Below, piece by piece: positions 10,401-19,821 of a stretch of DNA of 64,000 nucleotides. The first letter of the stretch is position 1. Each line of letters begins with the position of its first letter. The notes under the pieces are model-generated. The model did no database searches and had not been told where the DNA came from. It worked only from the letters and a program-made list of their open reading frames with translations. The stretch lies in the IMG/VR virus record IMGVR_UViG_3300025117_000032; one strand, written 5' to 3'. The translations under genes and the position numbers were made by a program. The stretch is from a virus.

Positions 10401-11182
10401 CCAACCACTTCAAAGGTATCTTCCCAATGAAGTCTAAAGAAATTTTCTGCTGTCTTCAAAGCAGTTTCTTCGGATGTGGCAACCACATAAATTTCGTCCT
10501 CAATACCCTTAGATGTTCTCTTTAGCAGATACCTATTGAACACCTGCCCCCTAAATTCAAACACCCAATCCTTGTCTGCTTTCACAGCCTCAAAAAACTT
10601 ATTGAAGTAATTCACACTAATATTGTGGTTGTTCAACTCATGCAAAGTCAACTTTACATTCAAAAACTCTTGAACATCGGGGTGTGGTATATCCAGGTTG
10701 GCTATTAGAGCCACCCTCCTGCCCCCACCCGACTTTATCTCATTACCAATGGCATCTATCTTCCTTATCTCTGAAACGACTCCTGGGGCAACCCCTTGGA
10801 CACCCTGGATAGGATCCCCCTTTGGTCTTATGTTGCTGTAGTTTGTTCCAACTCCCCCACCAAATGTAGAAATTAGATACATATCGTGCATAAGCTTGGC
10901 AATAGAGTGCCGGTTGTCCTCAACATCCTTGCAAAAGCAATTCAACAAACCACCAAGTCTTCTGCCCGACCCATACAGAACCCTTCCACCTGGAAAATAA
11001 TAACCATTTGACAAAACCCAATTAAACCTCTTTTCCCATATAACCATATCTCCATTGTGTTCTGCTTTTGATAAATGATTCGCTACCCTTCTTGCTACCT
11101 CTTCCCATGTTTTTTCTGTTGGCAATGCGTATCTTTGTGCCATTATGCTCCGTTGAAAATCACTCATCTCAAATTTATCCAT
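7460..11182 (-). CDS. nrdJ: class II (adenosylcobalamin) ribonucleotide reductase with two inteins
   Basis: PGGR, NCF, GGGVG, GEPG, NP|CTE, CNLGSINL, RRIGLGVMG, SIAPTGTIS, ISK|TINLP, KGLTLYR, C-terminal CKTGSC; no nrdB in window. Confidence 0.9.
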   Translation of the reverse strand: MDKFEMSDFQRSIMAQRYALPTEKTWEEVARRVANHLSKAEHNGDMVIWEKRFNWVLSNGYYFPGGRVLYGSGRRLGGLLNCFCKDVEDNRHSIAKLMHDMYLISTFGGGVGTNYSNIRPKGDPIQGVQGVAPGVVSEIRKIDAIGNEIKSGGGRRVALIANLDIPHPDVQEFLNVKLTLHELNNHNISVNYFNKFFEAVKADKDWVFEFRGQVFNRYLLKRTSKGIEDEIYVVATSEETALKTAENFFRLHWEDTFEVVGLTNIKAKELWDTICKNAVESGEPGFLFVDNIKNNFATKYFEEYSSCNPCVVGDTLVAVADGRDPIKISELSEIGEDTDVYCVDNNGSLSISKMENIRKTGKMNDIYRVSFSDGTYLDVNDKHKFIMKDGSEKTCIQLKNNDSIHSMTMWKQKLWNKPKSQYYNWISHSGNRRTEHNIQVELRTGVKIGPDECVHHIDLNGLNNHRVVSVEKIGVEDVYCGNVLKHHNFFCIGNPTVDKNGNNKYSMVLTRNCTEALLPDDGNCNLGSINLGLMYDEVTDDVNWSLLEKVIGIAVRMLDNVLTMNVYPTPETKIVAERSRRIGLGVMGLHHLLIKLGYRYGSEESLEFIERLFTTIRNEAFKASIDTAKTKGSFPEFNYEKYIDNNFVKKLPTRILKSIQKYGIRNAVILSIAPTGTISMIAGTSSGIEPIFSPMYRRKYRVDNVIAEEIVVDPMFARAVNSGNKWEHIVGAYDVTPEEHIAVQAAIQDYVDQAISKCVIEGTLINTNFGTIKIEDIAKTKNIPKDTFTTPHDGIMVLDENGCMKKVVSVYNGGRKKCYSIKFSNGREIKCSLNHKFKTPNGWEGVTSLDIGDRVFYNTTPMLNDNLFEYKKIDRPNNWVKDYPTHMDEDFALFLGMWLADGYTNKNSVGIVEKNHIVGELIDNLFVKCFGVEPKTSVDKRSGVKSHHINSRVMVKHFRDKFGSNCVDKVVPGEIMCSNNLVKKHFLRGLTLDGYKINDTGKLVIYEGYSKDIAEKCISICAGLGYQYYFGEKKVKTGLKSNKSYGISIYYNDGCDLIPIESHKLPSGGRKWIQRFVKEEDREKLVELIGVGTTESYKRRNFKRSMNLCGGFMVEESLKNLGYSGYDSNVTCVKVVSIECVGVKQVWDISVEDTHSYLIDGIVSHNTINLPEDYDYHNLMELILNYSDSLKGLTLYRAGSRANEPLVAIPTTEENVELYAKNKDLVKVVNEECKTGSCEV
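7685..8911 (-). mobile_element. intein 2 of RNR (409 aa, LAGLIDADG)
   Basis: CVIEGTLI...NHKF...LGMWLADG...FLRGLTLDG...VWDISV...SHN|T. Confidence 0.93.
9647..10255 (-). mobile_element. intein 1 of RNR (203 aa, degenerate HNH remnant)
   Basis: CVVGDTLV...HKF...VHHIDLNGLNN...VYCGNV..HHNF...TRN followed by catalytic Cys of NPCxE. Confidence 0.88.
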
Positions 11183-11185
11183 GGT

Positions 11186-12613
11186 CTAATCCTCCAAGTC
11201 CTTCAATAAGGACGCTATATCAACGGAACCACTTCTTAATATATTGCTGCTGTGATCTAGCACATTTCTTACTGCCGTATTCACATCATGTTGCCGATCC
11301 CTGTTTTCTAAATCTTCTTCATCCAACCCAACTTCATCAATTGTAAAATTCATGCAAGTGGTGTCAAATAAACCAGTAAAGGCAACCTTATCTTCACCCA
11401 TTCTACTCTTGGCTAAAAAGTAACAAGCCATACCCAACTCTCTTAGCCTTGGGGATCTTCCAATAGAAATCACTAGGTCTGCCGTGAAAGCCTTTGCCAA
11501 TGCTTCTGATATTGTCTTCAAAGCAACAATAGACACATCCAAACCATCACGATTAGTTTGTGTAGCAGACCATAGGGGCAAAGATTCCTCTCCTGCCCAC
11601 CCCCTAAGCTCCTTTATTATGGAATCAATCTCAAATCTGTACTCACCATATTTTCTAGTTGGTTTTATCAAATCAGCATAATCAACAATTATCATGGATG
11701 GATTTATCCCCATGGCCCTAAGTTGCGCTAGGTGGTTTTTCAAATCAGCAATACTGGAACCCATAGTTGGAAATTCTTTGATGATAATTTCTGGTTTATG
11801 CACAAATCTACTGGATATTTCCTGTACCTTTGCCTCAACTTGTTTCCTATACTTTCCATCTGCATCCAACATTAATTTGGTCAACGGTATTCCCGTTATC
11901 TTTGAATCCAACCTCATACCAAAAGGAATCTCTTGCAATTCGAATGAGTATATGAGGGGGGTTCCCCCATTCATAAAACAAGCATACGCAAGGTGAGCAA
12001 GCATAAAACTTTTTCCAACCCCTGTGCCGCCCATGATCAAACCTAATTCTCCACTAGACAACCCACCAGCAATATACTCTTCGTCCAACATGGGAAAACC
12101 AGTTGGTATTGGATGCCTCCTTGCTGTCGTTCTCCCCAAAACATTTTTCACATACATATGTCCTATGTCTCTAGTTTGCCCGACCATCAAAGCCCTCTGG
12201 ACTATCTGTGATATCCTATCATAGTCTTCCTTGTCCAGCAAGTTAACCGACTCAAGAATGGCTCTTTTCATGGCTTGTTGCTTACAGAACTTAACGGTTT
12301 CCTCAACAATGAATTTCTTGTCCACACCATATTCACGTTTCGAGATATCATTAATCTCACCCAATAAATATTCCCTCTTGATTTCATCTTCAATTTTTGT
12401 GTTGAATATGGTTGTCAGGTTTTCGAAAGATGGTATTGTTGTATACTGTTTGTTCCATTCAACAATTGTTTGAATCATTACACCAAAATTTTCGTTGCTG
12501 AAAAAATCTGGCTTCAAGATATCTAAGACTTGTAATGCAAATTTTGAATCATTGATGATATGATATATGATTTTTTTCTGAAATGCTTCTCCGAATTTTT
12601 CAAACGAATCCAT
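11186..12613 (-). CDS. replicative DnaB-family helicase (T4 gp41-like)
   Basis: Walker A GGTGVGKS, IIKEFPT, IIVDYADL, WSATQTNR, KSRMG. Confidence 0.93.
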   Translation of the reverse strand: MDSFEKFGEAFQKKIIYHIINDSKFALQVLDILKPDFFSNENFGVMIQTIVEWNKQYTTIPSFENLTTIFNTKIEDEIKREYLLGEINDISKREYGVDKKFIVEETVKFCKQQAMKRAILESVNLLDKEDYDRISQIVQRALMVGQTRDIGHMYVKNVLGRTTARRHPIPTGFPMLDEEYIAGGLSSGELGLIMGGTGVGKSFMLAHLAYACFMNGGTPLIYSFELQEIPFGMRLDSKITGIPLTKLMLDADGKYRKQVEAKVQEISSRFVHKPEIIIKEFPTMGSSIADLKNHLAQLRAMGINPSMIIVDYADLIKPTRKYGEYRFEIDSIIKELRGWAGEESLPLWSATQTNRDGLDVSIVALKTISEALAKAFTADLVISIGRSPRLRELGMACYFLAKSRMGEDKVAFTGLFDTTCMNFTIDEVGLDEEDLENRDRQHDVNTAVRNVLDHSSNILRSGSVDIASLLKDLED

Positions 12614-12639
12614 ACAGTCTACTTTCTCTTTTAGGTGTC

Positions 12640-12683
12640 AAAAAATCCCACCACCAAACTCCATACAAGCCTAGTGGTGGGAT
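12640..12683 (-). terminator. intrinsic terminator after porin-like gene
   Basis: ATCCCACCAC...GTGGTGGGAT 10-bp stem followed by T run on - strand. Confidence 0.6.
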
Positions 12684-12715
12684 CTACTGTGTTCTACTAG
12701 TAACTATTCAACATC

Positions 12716-13567
12716 CTAAAATGTTGCAACAAACTGCATAACAATTGGATTCAACCCCTCATCTAGCTTGTATTCAACCGAAGCTGTTACCCTTTCAGAA
12801 AGGTCCATGTATGCGCCATACACCCAAGCATCTGGGTTGTAAACAAATTCAGAGTATCCATTGATGATATCGGCATTGTCTCTCACATTATAGTATCCAG
12901 CAAACAACCCAACCTTATCAAAGATCCCTGGGCTTGTTACACCCTTTGCCCAAAAGTTTCCATTGTCAGGCATATACTCACCCATGAAAGACAAGTTTGC
13001 AAACAACGATTCATACTTGAACAATCCCCCAACCACAAAACTCCCGTATGTAGTTTTCAAAGAGTCAACATCGTTGTAGCTAACAAACACTTCCAACCCA
13101 TCTTCAAACAAATTCACACTTGTCTTGACAACGTACTCTTCTGATCCCTCAAGGTACATTCCTTCTACAGAAAGTATATCATACCCTGTATCCAAATGTA
13201 AACCTTTTGCAATAAAATCTCCCCTTGGTGCCGTAATAAACACGGACTGATCCGGTCTTTGCATATGCATGAACCCAATGGGCACAGCCTTTTGACCAAT
13301 GGCCCAATTCAAATCGAACAGGCTAAACTTGATGTTAGCTTCCTCAAACTCTAGTGTGTTTAGGTCTTGATTCCAAACACCATAAAGCTCAAAGGATTCT
13401 GCATTGCACCACCCAGCAACGTAGGTAAGATCTGTTGAAAGGTTCTGTGCATCGTTGTCTACATTAACTGTAGCATCAATAGCAGCAGTACCACCAAAAT
13501 CCCCTGCCAACACTGGAAAGGCACCCATCATTGCAACCACCATAACCAACAAAATTTTCTTAATCAT
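12716..13567 (-). CDS. putative outer-membrane beta-barrel (porin-like) protein
   Basis: signal peptide MIKKILLVMVVAMMGAFPVLA; amphipathic aromatic/Gly-rich strands; C-terminal MQFVATF. Confidence 0.65.
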   Translation of the reverse strand: MIKKILLVMVVAMMGAFPVLAGDFGGTAAIDATVNVDNDAQNLSTDLTYVAGWCNAESFELYGVWNQDLNTLEFEEANIKFSLFDLNWAIGQKAVPIGFMHMQRPDQSVFITAPRGDFIAKGLHLDTGYDILSVEGMYLEGSEEYVVKTSVNLFEDGLEVFVSYNDVDSLKTTYGSFVVGGLFKYESLFANLSFMGEYMPDNGNFWAKGVTSPGIFDKVGLFAGYYNVRDNADIINGYSEFVYNPDAWVYGAYMDLSERVTASVEYKLDEGLNPIVMQFVATF

Positions 13568-14605
13568 GTTTCATTCTCCTTTGTTTGAACACCAGTTCTG
13601 AAAATGTATGTTCCCAATCCTCATAGTATTTCACTTGATGGTTTAGTTTGTCACCCAGGAACATCATCCTCAATCTGATATCGTTAAATCGTTGTGGTTT
13701 ACTGTTCACCAATTCATCAATTTGTTTCTTGGCTTGGAGACTGATATTAACTCTTGTCAATTGCATCAATTCCCAATTAGCCTGTATCAAATCTTGGTTG
13801 TCAACCACAACCTGATATTTGCCCAACATTTTCCCAGCGTTACCACTGTCCAAAGCGTGTTGAGCCATGTTAACCAATTCCGTCACGTTCTCAATCTTTT
13901 CTATAGAGACAATCGGGAACATTTTGAGATAAGTCTTTTCCCCTATTCCCTTTACACCAGAAATCCCATCACTCTTGTCACCATTTAGACACTTGAAGTA
14001 GATATGATTCCCAGGTAAATATCCATGCTTGCTGAAAAAAGCTTTCTCGTTTGTCAACATTTTCACTGTTGGATTGTAGCATGAAACTCTCTCATTTACC
14101 AACTGCTTGAAATCAGCGTCAGTTGAGTAAATAATAGCTTCACAATCTTTTTCCATCGAACCAACAATCTCTGCTATGATATCGTCTGCCTCTACATATG
14201 GGATTGATATTACCTTGATTGGCAACACCCCCAAATATTCTGAAAGACGACCTAGCTGGAATGAGAAGTTTGTATCCCTATCGTTCTCATTCAAAAAATC
14301 GTAAGCTTTCACCACCCCCTTTTTGAATTCCTTTTTCCTGTTTGCTTTGTAGTTTTTATTCTGGAGCTTCCTCTTTAGTCCAGAGTTTGGTCCATCCATT
14401 ATAACATAAACTTCGTCAGGAGTAAACATATTAATGGCAGTTTTCATGCTACGGAGTGTTCCAAATACAGCACCATAATGTTCACCATCAATGTTTGTAA
14501 CTTCCACGACATGAAAGCTTCGTATGAACATGCCTAATTATAGAAATCAACCAGTAACAATTTTTTCCTATAATTATTTACTATCCGATTTCTATCCACT
14601 TGCAT
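13560..14605 (-). CDS. 5'-3' exonuclease / RNase H (T4 rnh-like), N-terminus interrupted at 14532-14536
   Basis: YKANR, VEADDIIA, STDADFKQL, GDKSDGISGVKGIGEKT; first LLVD motif lies in upstream mini-ORF 14534..14605. Confidence 0.88.
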
Positions 14606-14655
14606 CACCCCACCTTCTCTCCCAAACCATCTTGGTTAATATACTAATTTTCTAA

Positions 14656-14985
14656 TCAATCAGCAATAACCTTTTCATTTATCATTCCATTTCTGATTAG
14701 GGTGTCAGCCAAAACGTGTGCTATTCTGTCAAGGTTTGTGTGCCCCTCTTCTCCCTCAAAACATTTCAACTTGAAGTCCGTTTCTACAGCATGAAGAACC
14801 TCATATATCAACGTCTGAAACTTATCTTCTGGGGTTCTTGTTCCAGAATATATGCGTATGGTTCTATCCCAGAAATCTATCTGACCCCAAAGGGAATCTC
14901 GCTTATGACCATCTACATCGGATGGTCAATCACAATATTCTATTTTGTAAATGAACCCACCAACGTTTATCTTGCTCATTGGCAT
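14656..14985 (-). pseudogene. phage zincin-like (HExxH-family) protein with in-frame TGA
   Basis: MPMSKINVGGFIYKIEYCD*PSDVDGHKRDSLWGQIDFWDRTIRIY...TLIYEVLHAVE...; TAATG-coupled start; TGA at 14926-14928. Confidence 0.6.
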
Positions 14986-15584
14986 TATGAAACACCCCTT
15001 GCAAAATCTATCGCCATCTGTTTAGCATCTTCCATTGTTTCAGCAACCCATTCCCCACGACCAAAATCTTCTGGGTAATATTTGGTTTCAAGCTCTCTAA
15101 TATTAATGTCTTCATCTACGCATTCCCAAGATACCATTACAACTTCATCACCATTAGCATTGAAAGCCCACTCTGCCCTAACATTCTTGCGACCTTTATC
15201 ACTCCAAAAATCTATGGAACACCTTAAAGCATCATCTCTATCCTTTGGTTTATAGTGGCAGTCCCCAAATTTACAAGTAGACCCAATGGTAAAACCATAG
15301 ATTGCACGGTGCGACCAACCAAACCATTTATTGTCAATAGTACAAAACCCAATTGAACAAACAGAATTACCTGGGTTAGCAAGCTCTGGCTTTATGCCCA
15401 TCTTCTTGCATAACTTAACTGCATCTTTTGGTTGCCCTATGAGTAAACCACCCTCTGTGAAAGCTTGTTTCAGGATAATTTTTTCACACCCATGAGCATC
15501 CTCACCACTATATTCCACATCTTTTAAGACATACCCAAACTTTCTCATGTGTCTTTCTTTTAGAACCTTTTTAGTTTCCATCAT
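14985..15584 (-). CDS. hypothetical phage protein
   Basis: 199-aa ORF, KWFGWSHRAIYGF motif. Confidence 0.7.
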   Translation of the reverse strand: MMETKKVLKERHMRKFGYVLKDVEYSGEDAHGCEKIILKQAFTEGGLLIGQPKDAVKLCKKMGIKPELANPGNSVCSIGFCTIDNKWFGWSHRAIYGFTIGSTCKFGDCHYKPKDRDDALRCSIDFWSDKGRKNVRAEWAFNANGDEVVMVSWECVDEDINIRELETKYYPEDFGRGEWVAETMEDAKQMAIDFARGVS

Positions 15585-15714
15585 GATACCTTCTTTGGTT
15601 TACAATTTTTGATCTCTCTGCTATTGGGTGCGCCTGCCAAAACCCCACAATCTCGGATATATCGTAACTCAAAATATCAACCTATGTATGCTTTTTACCA
15701 TACTAAAAAAAATG

Positions 15715-15927
15715 CTAGAACCCACTTTCTCTGTATTCGAAGACCTTCTCTATTGACCTTTCCCGTAGGGCAGCTTCAATCAAACCACACATATCTTTCA
15801 TCAATTGATTCAACCTAAGTGAATAGATGATGTTATCGTTAAATTCAGTGACCGTTGCCTGTCTGGTAGCCACCATTTTGTCGTCAACCTTCAAAATCAA
15901 TTGAAAACTATGCTCTTTGTTGCTCAT
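15715..15927 (-). CDS. hypothetical protein
   Basis: AGGAG RBS, 70 aa. Confidence 0.6.
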   Translation of the reverse strand: MSNKEHSFQLILKVDDKMVATRQATVTEFNDNIIYSLRLNQLMKDMCGLIEAALRERSIEKVFEYRESGF

Positions 15928-15941
15928 AACCTATCTCCTTG

Positions 15942-17066
15942 TTAATCCTCTGACTCGGGTTCCCCTATCATAATATCCTCATCACCAAAAGATTTTGGAC
16001 CTATGATGTATGCCTTAGCTAATGCTTCTTTCAATTCACGCTGAAACACTTCCTCTTTCCATAACGATAAAAATTTTCTCTTGGTGAACTCAACATCTGT
16101 CCCCGTTGATGGAGATACAAATTTATACGTTTGGCCTCCACACTTTTTTATTACATCAACCCGAACGGCTGAATCCCAAATTGTCTCTTCATCATCAATC
16201 CAGGCACCAAGCTTATCTCCCCACTTCATGTAATAATACATGGTTCTCATTGGTGGCGCAACCTTGTTCTTCTTAACATCACACTTTACGATCTTACCAA
16301 TTTTATTTTTGTCCACATCTGTTATTTCTTTGAAGTGCGTCAACCTAAGTCTAACACTTGAATGAAATGGTATTGCTTTTCCACCTGGAGTTATTTGGTT
16401 ATCCCCATATGTTACACCAATATTTGCTCTAAGCTGATTGATAAACACGAGGTATATATTGTTGTCGGCTACAACTGACATAAACTTTCTCAACCCTTGC
16501 CCCAACAGTCTAGCTTTAAGTCCTATTGTGGCATCCCCATAATCACCTTCAACCTCAATCTTGCATGGTGTTGCTGCAACTGAATCCCATACTATGCAAA
16601 GAGGCGGTCTATCTTTGGTCTTACTTTTCTTGAAGTTGTTTGATATGGCCTCCATAGTTTGAAAAACCTCTTCAACCGTATCCACTTCAACATGAATCAA
16701 TCTATTAACATCCACCCCACAAGCTTCCATTACCTCAAGTGACCCAGCGTGTTCCGTGTCAATAAGAACTGCTGCCCCACCTTTTCTCTGGCAGTCTGCT
16801 ATGATATAGTTTCCCATCATAGATTTCCCGGCACCCTCACCACCTGAAATTTCAACCAACCTACCCTGGGGAATACCACCAACCCCAACACGATTTGATA
16901 ACACAAGGTCAAGCATCCATGATCCAGTTGACAACCAATTTTCAACATTGACATTTGCATCTGTCATGAAACAAGCTTTGCCAGTTGACTTAAAACTAGC
17001 AAAACCAGACTTAATATCCTTGAGAAGCATACCAGAAAAATCATCTATTTCTTTTGCCACATTCAC
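15942..17066 (-). CDS. uvsX: RecA/UvsX recombinase
   Basis: STGS..LD, GGIPQGR, GGEGAGKS, IDTEHA, VWDSVAA, FINQLR, TPGGKA, KNKVAPP. Confidence 0.93.
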   Translation of the reverse strand: MNVAKEIDDFSGMLLKDIKSGFASFKSTGKACFMTDANVNVENWLSTGSWMLDLVLSNRVGVGGIPQGRLVEISGGEGAGKSMMGNYIIADCQRKGGAAVLIDTEHAGSLEVMEACGVDVNRLIHVEVDTVEEVFQTMEAISNNFKKSKTKDRPPLCIVWDSVAATPCKIEVEGDYGDATIGLKARLLGQGLRKFMSVVADNNIYLVFINQLRANIGVTYGDNQITPGGKAIPFHSSVRLRLTHFKEITDVDKNKIGKIVKCDVKKNKVAPPMRTMYYYMKWGDKLGAWIDDEETIWDSAVRVDVIKKCGGQTYKFVSPSTGTDVEFTKRKFLSLWKEEVFQRELKEALAKAYIIGPKSFGDEDIMIGEPESED

Positions 17067-17407
17067 TCCAACCTTAAAATGGGTTTCAAATTATTTTCTA
17101 TGAAAGTTTTTATTGATTCCAAAGAAATGTTCCTTGGACAATCTTCAATCGAAAAGTAACATGTGCTAGATGGACCACCCTCTAGTTTTTGTTCTATGTT
17201 GAACACATAGGAGTAGATTTTTGTATCGTCACCCAACAACTGTAAGTATCTCTTGTCAACAAGAAGGGCAGACTTGGCAACATTCTTGTTACCAAAGGGA
17301 CGGAAGAAAACAAATCCATCCGTCCCTTCCCCCACGACCTCAACAATAAGCCCATCGATGGATAGCCCGGTTCCCCTAATGATATACACCTTTGGTTTAT
17401 TTTTCAT
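17063..17407 (-). CDS. hypothetical protein
   Basis: 114-aa ORF between gp32 and uvsX. Confidence 0.6.
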   Translation of the reverse strand: MKNKPKVYIIRGTGLSIDGLIVEVVGEGTDGFVFFRPFGNKNVAKSALLVDKRYLQLLGDDTKIYSYVFNIEQKLEGGPSSTCYFSIEDCPRNISLESIKTFIENNLKPILRLE

Positions 17408-17410
17408 GAG

Positions 17411-18217
17411 TTAGTCTCCAAGCAAGTTGCTTAGTCTGGATTTGAAGTCACCTTGATCAGATTTCTCTTCCTCTTGAACCACCACGGAATCATCTTCCGG
17501 TGGAAAATCAGTTTCATCTTCTTCAACTGGATCTGTTGAGAACTTACGAACGATTTCCTTAAGCTCTTGGTATGACTTAACAGGAAATGCTTTCTTGTCA
17601 TCCTCTAAGTAGTTTGGAGTAGACTTTAGCAAGGCTTCAATGTCAACTTTCTTAGCCAACAACTTGGACTGTGTTGGAAACACATCAAACTGCGGTTGGT
17701 CAAATTCTTCCTTCGTCTTCTTGGGAACAGTCCAAATTTCAATGTCCCGTCCTGTTGCAACATCGGAAAGGTGTCCCCACTTGGGGTCCTCAAACTTTTC
17801 CAACAAAGCCTCATAGATTTGAACGCCATAACCCCAAAGCTTAATTCCAGCACTCTCGTTCCCACGTTCGATAACAGGGGAGTATGCACGAAGTCTTGCT
17901 TTGATTTTCTTGACCATGTTCCATGCTTCTTGTGAACCAATGTTTTTCAACTCATCCACCATTTCACAAATGGGGCAGGGATCACCGTTGGTTTTCAATG
18001 GGCAAAGAACGCTGCTGTTTCCAGCAACCTTATAGTGCCAATACACTTTGAAGAAGGGGTATCCATCTGGATCGTGGATATAAGGAATTTGCCGTATAAC
18101 CTTTTTTGTCCCATCTTTCGGAGAGATACAAAACACATCGCTTTTTTCTGTGTTTGTATTCTTCCTGCGTAAGTTCTCAAGTTCTTCTGCTAGTCTGCTT
18201 TTCTTTTGTTCTGCCAT
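17411..18217 (-). CDS. single-stranded DNA-binding protein (T4 gp32-like)
   Basis: HY...CP....DPCPICE Zn motif, KLWGYG, TGRD, acidic C-tail. Confidence 0.88.
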   Translation of the reverse strand: MAEQKKSRLAEELENLRRKNTNTEKSDVFCISPKDGTKKVIRQIPYIHDPDGYPFFKVYWHYKVAGNSSVLCPLKTNGDPCPICEMVDELKNIGSQEAWNMVKKIKARLRAYSPVIERGNESAGIKLWGYGVQIYEALLEKFEDPKWGHLSDVATGRDIEIWTVPKKTKEEFDQPQFDVFPTQSKLLAKKVDIEALLKSTPNYLEDDKKAFPVKSYQELKEIVRKFSTDPVEEDETDFPPEDDSVVVQEEEKSDQGDFKSRLSNLLGD

Positions 18218-18302
18218 GTGTAAACCTCCAATGGTTCATTTGTTTTAGCTGTTTAGCTATGTTATCATACCACTATGGTACGAATCGTTGTGTGTAATGA
18301 TA

Positions 18303-19094
18303 CTATGTTTTGCTCTGCTTGTAAAGCTTTTTGTCGTAAAAAACTTGTATATCAAGTTCTTTTTTGAATTCATCTGGATCTCGATTCTGTTTTGAACAAT
18401 TTATTGAGTCATCACACCAACAAATGTTGTTTGGATCTCTTGCCAACTCTGGATACTCTGACCTTGGTTTTATGTGATCAACAGAAGCGTTGATCCCCAA
18501 GACAAGATCAAGCATCGTCCAATGGCACTTATGCCCTTGTTGTTCAAACAAGTTTTTCAGGTGTTTCCAATGTTTGCTTGAACCAAAAGCAGAATAAGAT
18601 TTGTGTTTGAACCAACATTTTTCGCAATATGACTTGCTATTTCCCATAAGTTGTGATCCACAATCTACACACAAACCAAACTCTTTACGTTTTTCATACT
18701 TGTTTCTTGTATATTGTTTTATTTTATCTTTGTTTATCTCATAGTATTTTTTAATGCGGTTTCTATTGACTTCTCTCCAGTTTTTGTTGGCTAGTTTTAT
18801 TTTGTCTTTGTTGGTTTTTCGATAGTTTTTTGCATATTGCTTTATTTCGCCTTTGTTGATCTCATAATATTGCTTTTTTTTGTCTTTGTTGTTTTCGTAG
18901 TAAATTTTTTTATGTTGGTTCATTTTGTCTTTGTTATTTTCATACCAATTTTTCATTGCAAGACAACCACAACTTTTGCAAAAACCTTGTAACCCATCTT
19001 TGCTTCCACTACAACTAAAAAATTGATCAATAGGTTTTTCAACCTCACATTTGGGGCACAATTTCAATCCTGTTTCAAAATTAGCTTTTGGCAT
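18303..19094 (-). CDS. HNH homing endonuclease
   Basis: KLCPKC..EKP...F...CKSC; YYENNKDK repeats; SVDHIKPRS...N....D..IN..K. Confidence 0.85.
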   Translation of the reverse strand: MPKANFETGLKLCPKCEVEKPIDQFFSCSGSKDGLQGFCKSCGCLAMKNWYENNKDKMNQHKKIYYENNKDKKKQYYEINKGEIKQYAKNYRKTNKDKIKLANKNWREVNRNRIKKYYEINKDKIKQYTRNKYEKRKEFGLCVDCGSQLMGNSKSYCEKCWFKHKSYSAFGSSKHWKHLKNLFEQQGHKCHWTMLDLVLGINASVDHIKPRSEYPELARDPNNICWCDDSINCSKQNRDPDEFKKELDIQVFYDKKLYKQSKT

Positions 19095-19100
19095 CGGATT

Positions 19101-19409
19101 TCATCCCCCAAAACTATATCTCAAAATAATATCTGCCGCATTTGATAACCACTTTATTCTTGGCTTTGCTTCCTTCAACTGTTTCAGTTGATCTTTGGAT
19201 AATCCACCCAGATAGTTGTGGAACTTCTTGTATGCTGGGGCAGTTGGGTCAACAGTATTGATCTTAGAAAACTCAACTCTCAATTTATCTAACTGATCTT
19301 CTGAAAACTTCATCTGATTTTCTATGATGCGTTTACTATTTTTCTTGTTTGGTTTGTTTTCTTCTAACAAACATTCTATGATAATACTCTTTAGCTCTGA
19401 TCTTTTCAT
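19101..19409 (-). CDS. hypothetical protein with KSELK leader
   Basis: MKRSELKSIIIECLLE N-terminus. Confidence 0.7.
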   Translation of the reverse strand: MKRSELKSIIIECLLEENKPNKKNSKRIIENQMKFSEDQLDKLRVEFSKINTVDPTAPAYKKFHNYLGGLSKDQLKQLKEAKPRIKWLSNAADIILRYSFGG

Positions 19410-19421
19410 CTACAATTTCTC

Positions 19422-19820
19422 CTATGAGTTAACCTTCACTAGCCTGATTGGAACAGACACCAATTTGCCACCACGAATAATCAGGAAGGAATTTTCATAG
19501 TCTCCCCAATTTACGTTGTAGCTCTTATCTAAATATCCCCCATTCTTGTTCTTGATTAACTCATTCATTGCATTTAGGGAGTAGAGGGTATTGGTCTGCT
19601 TTTTTCTATGTATGCTAATCGTGTTCTTCCAAATGGTTGAAAACCTCATGTTTGAAAACTCTGGGTTTAAGTTGTAGGAAAGGATATATTCTGCATTGTC
19701 GTCTTCATTTATGAACACAAAAATTTCATTCTTGGCTAAGTTCAACATACTGGATATTTGATCAATCGCTTTATGTAGTTCATCCTTTTGAACAAAGGAT
19801 GCGAGAAGTAAAAATTTCAT
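19422..19820 (-). CDS. conserved hypothetical phage protein
   Basis: TISIHRKKQTNTLYSLNAMN motif; 132 aa. Confidence 0.7.
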   Translation of the reverse strand: MKFLLLASFVQKDELHKAIDQISSMLNLAKNEIFVFINEDDNAEYILSYNLNPEFSNMRFSTIWKNTISIHRKKQTNTLYSLNAMNELIKNKNGGYLDKSYNVNWGDYENSFLIIRGGKLVSVPIRLVKVNS

Positions 19821-19821
19821 T

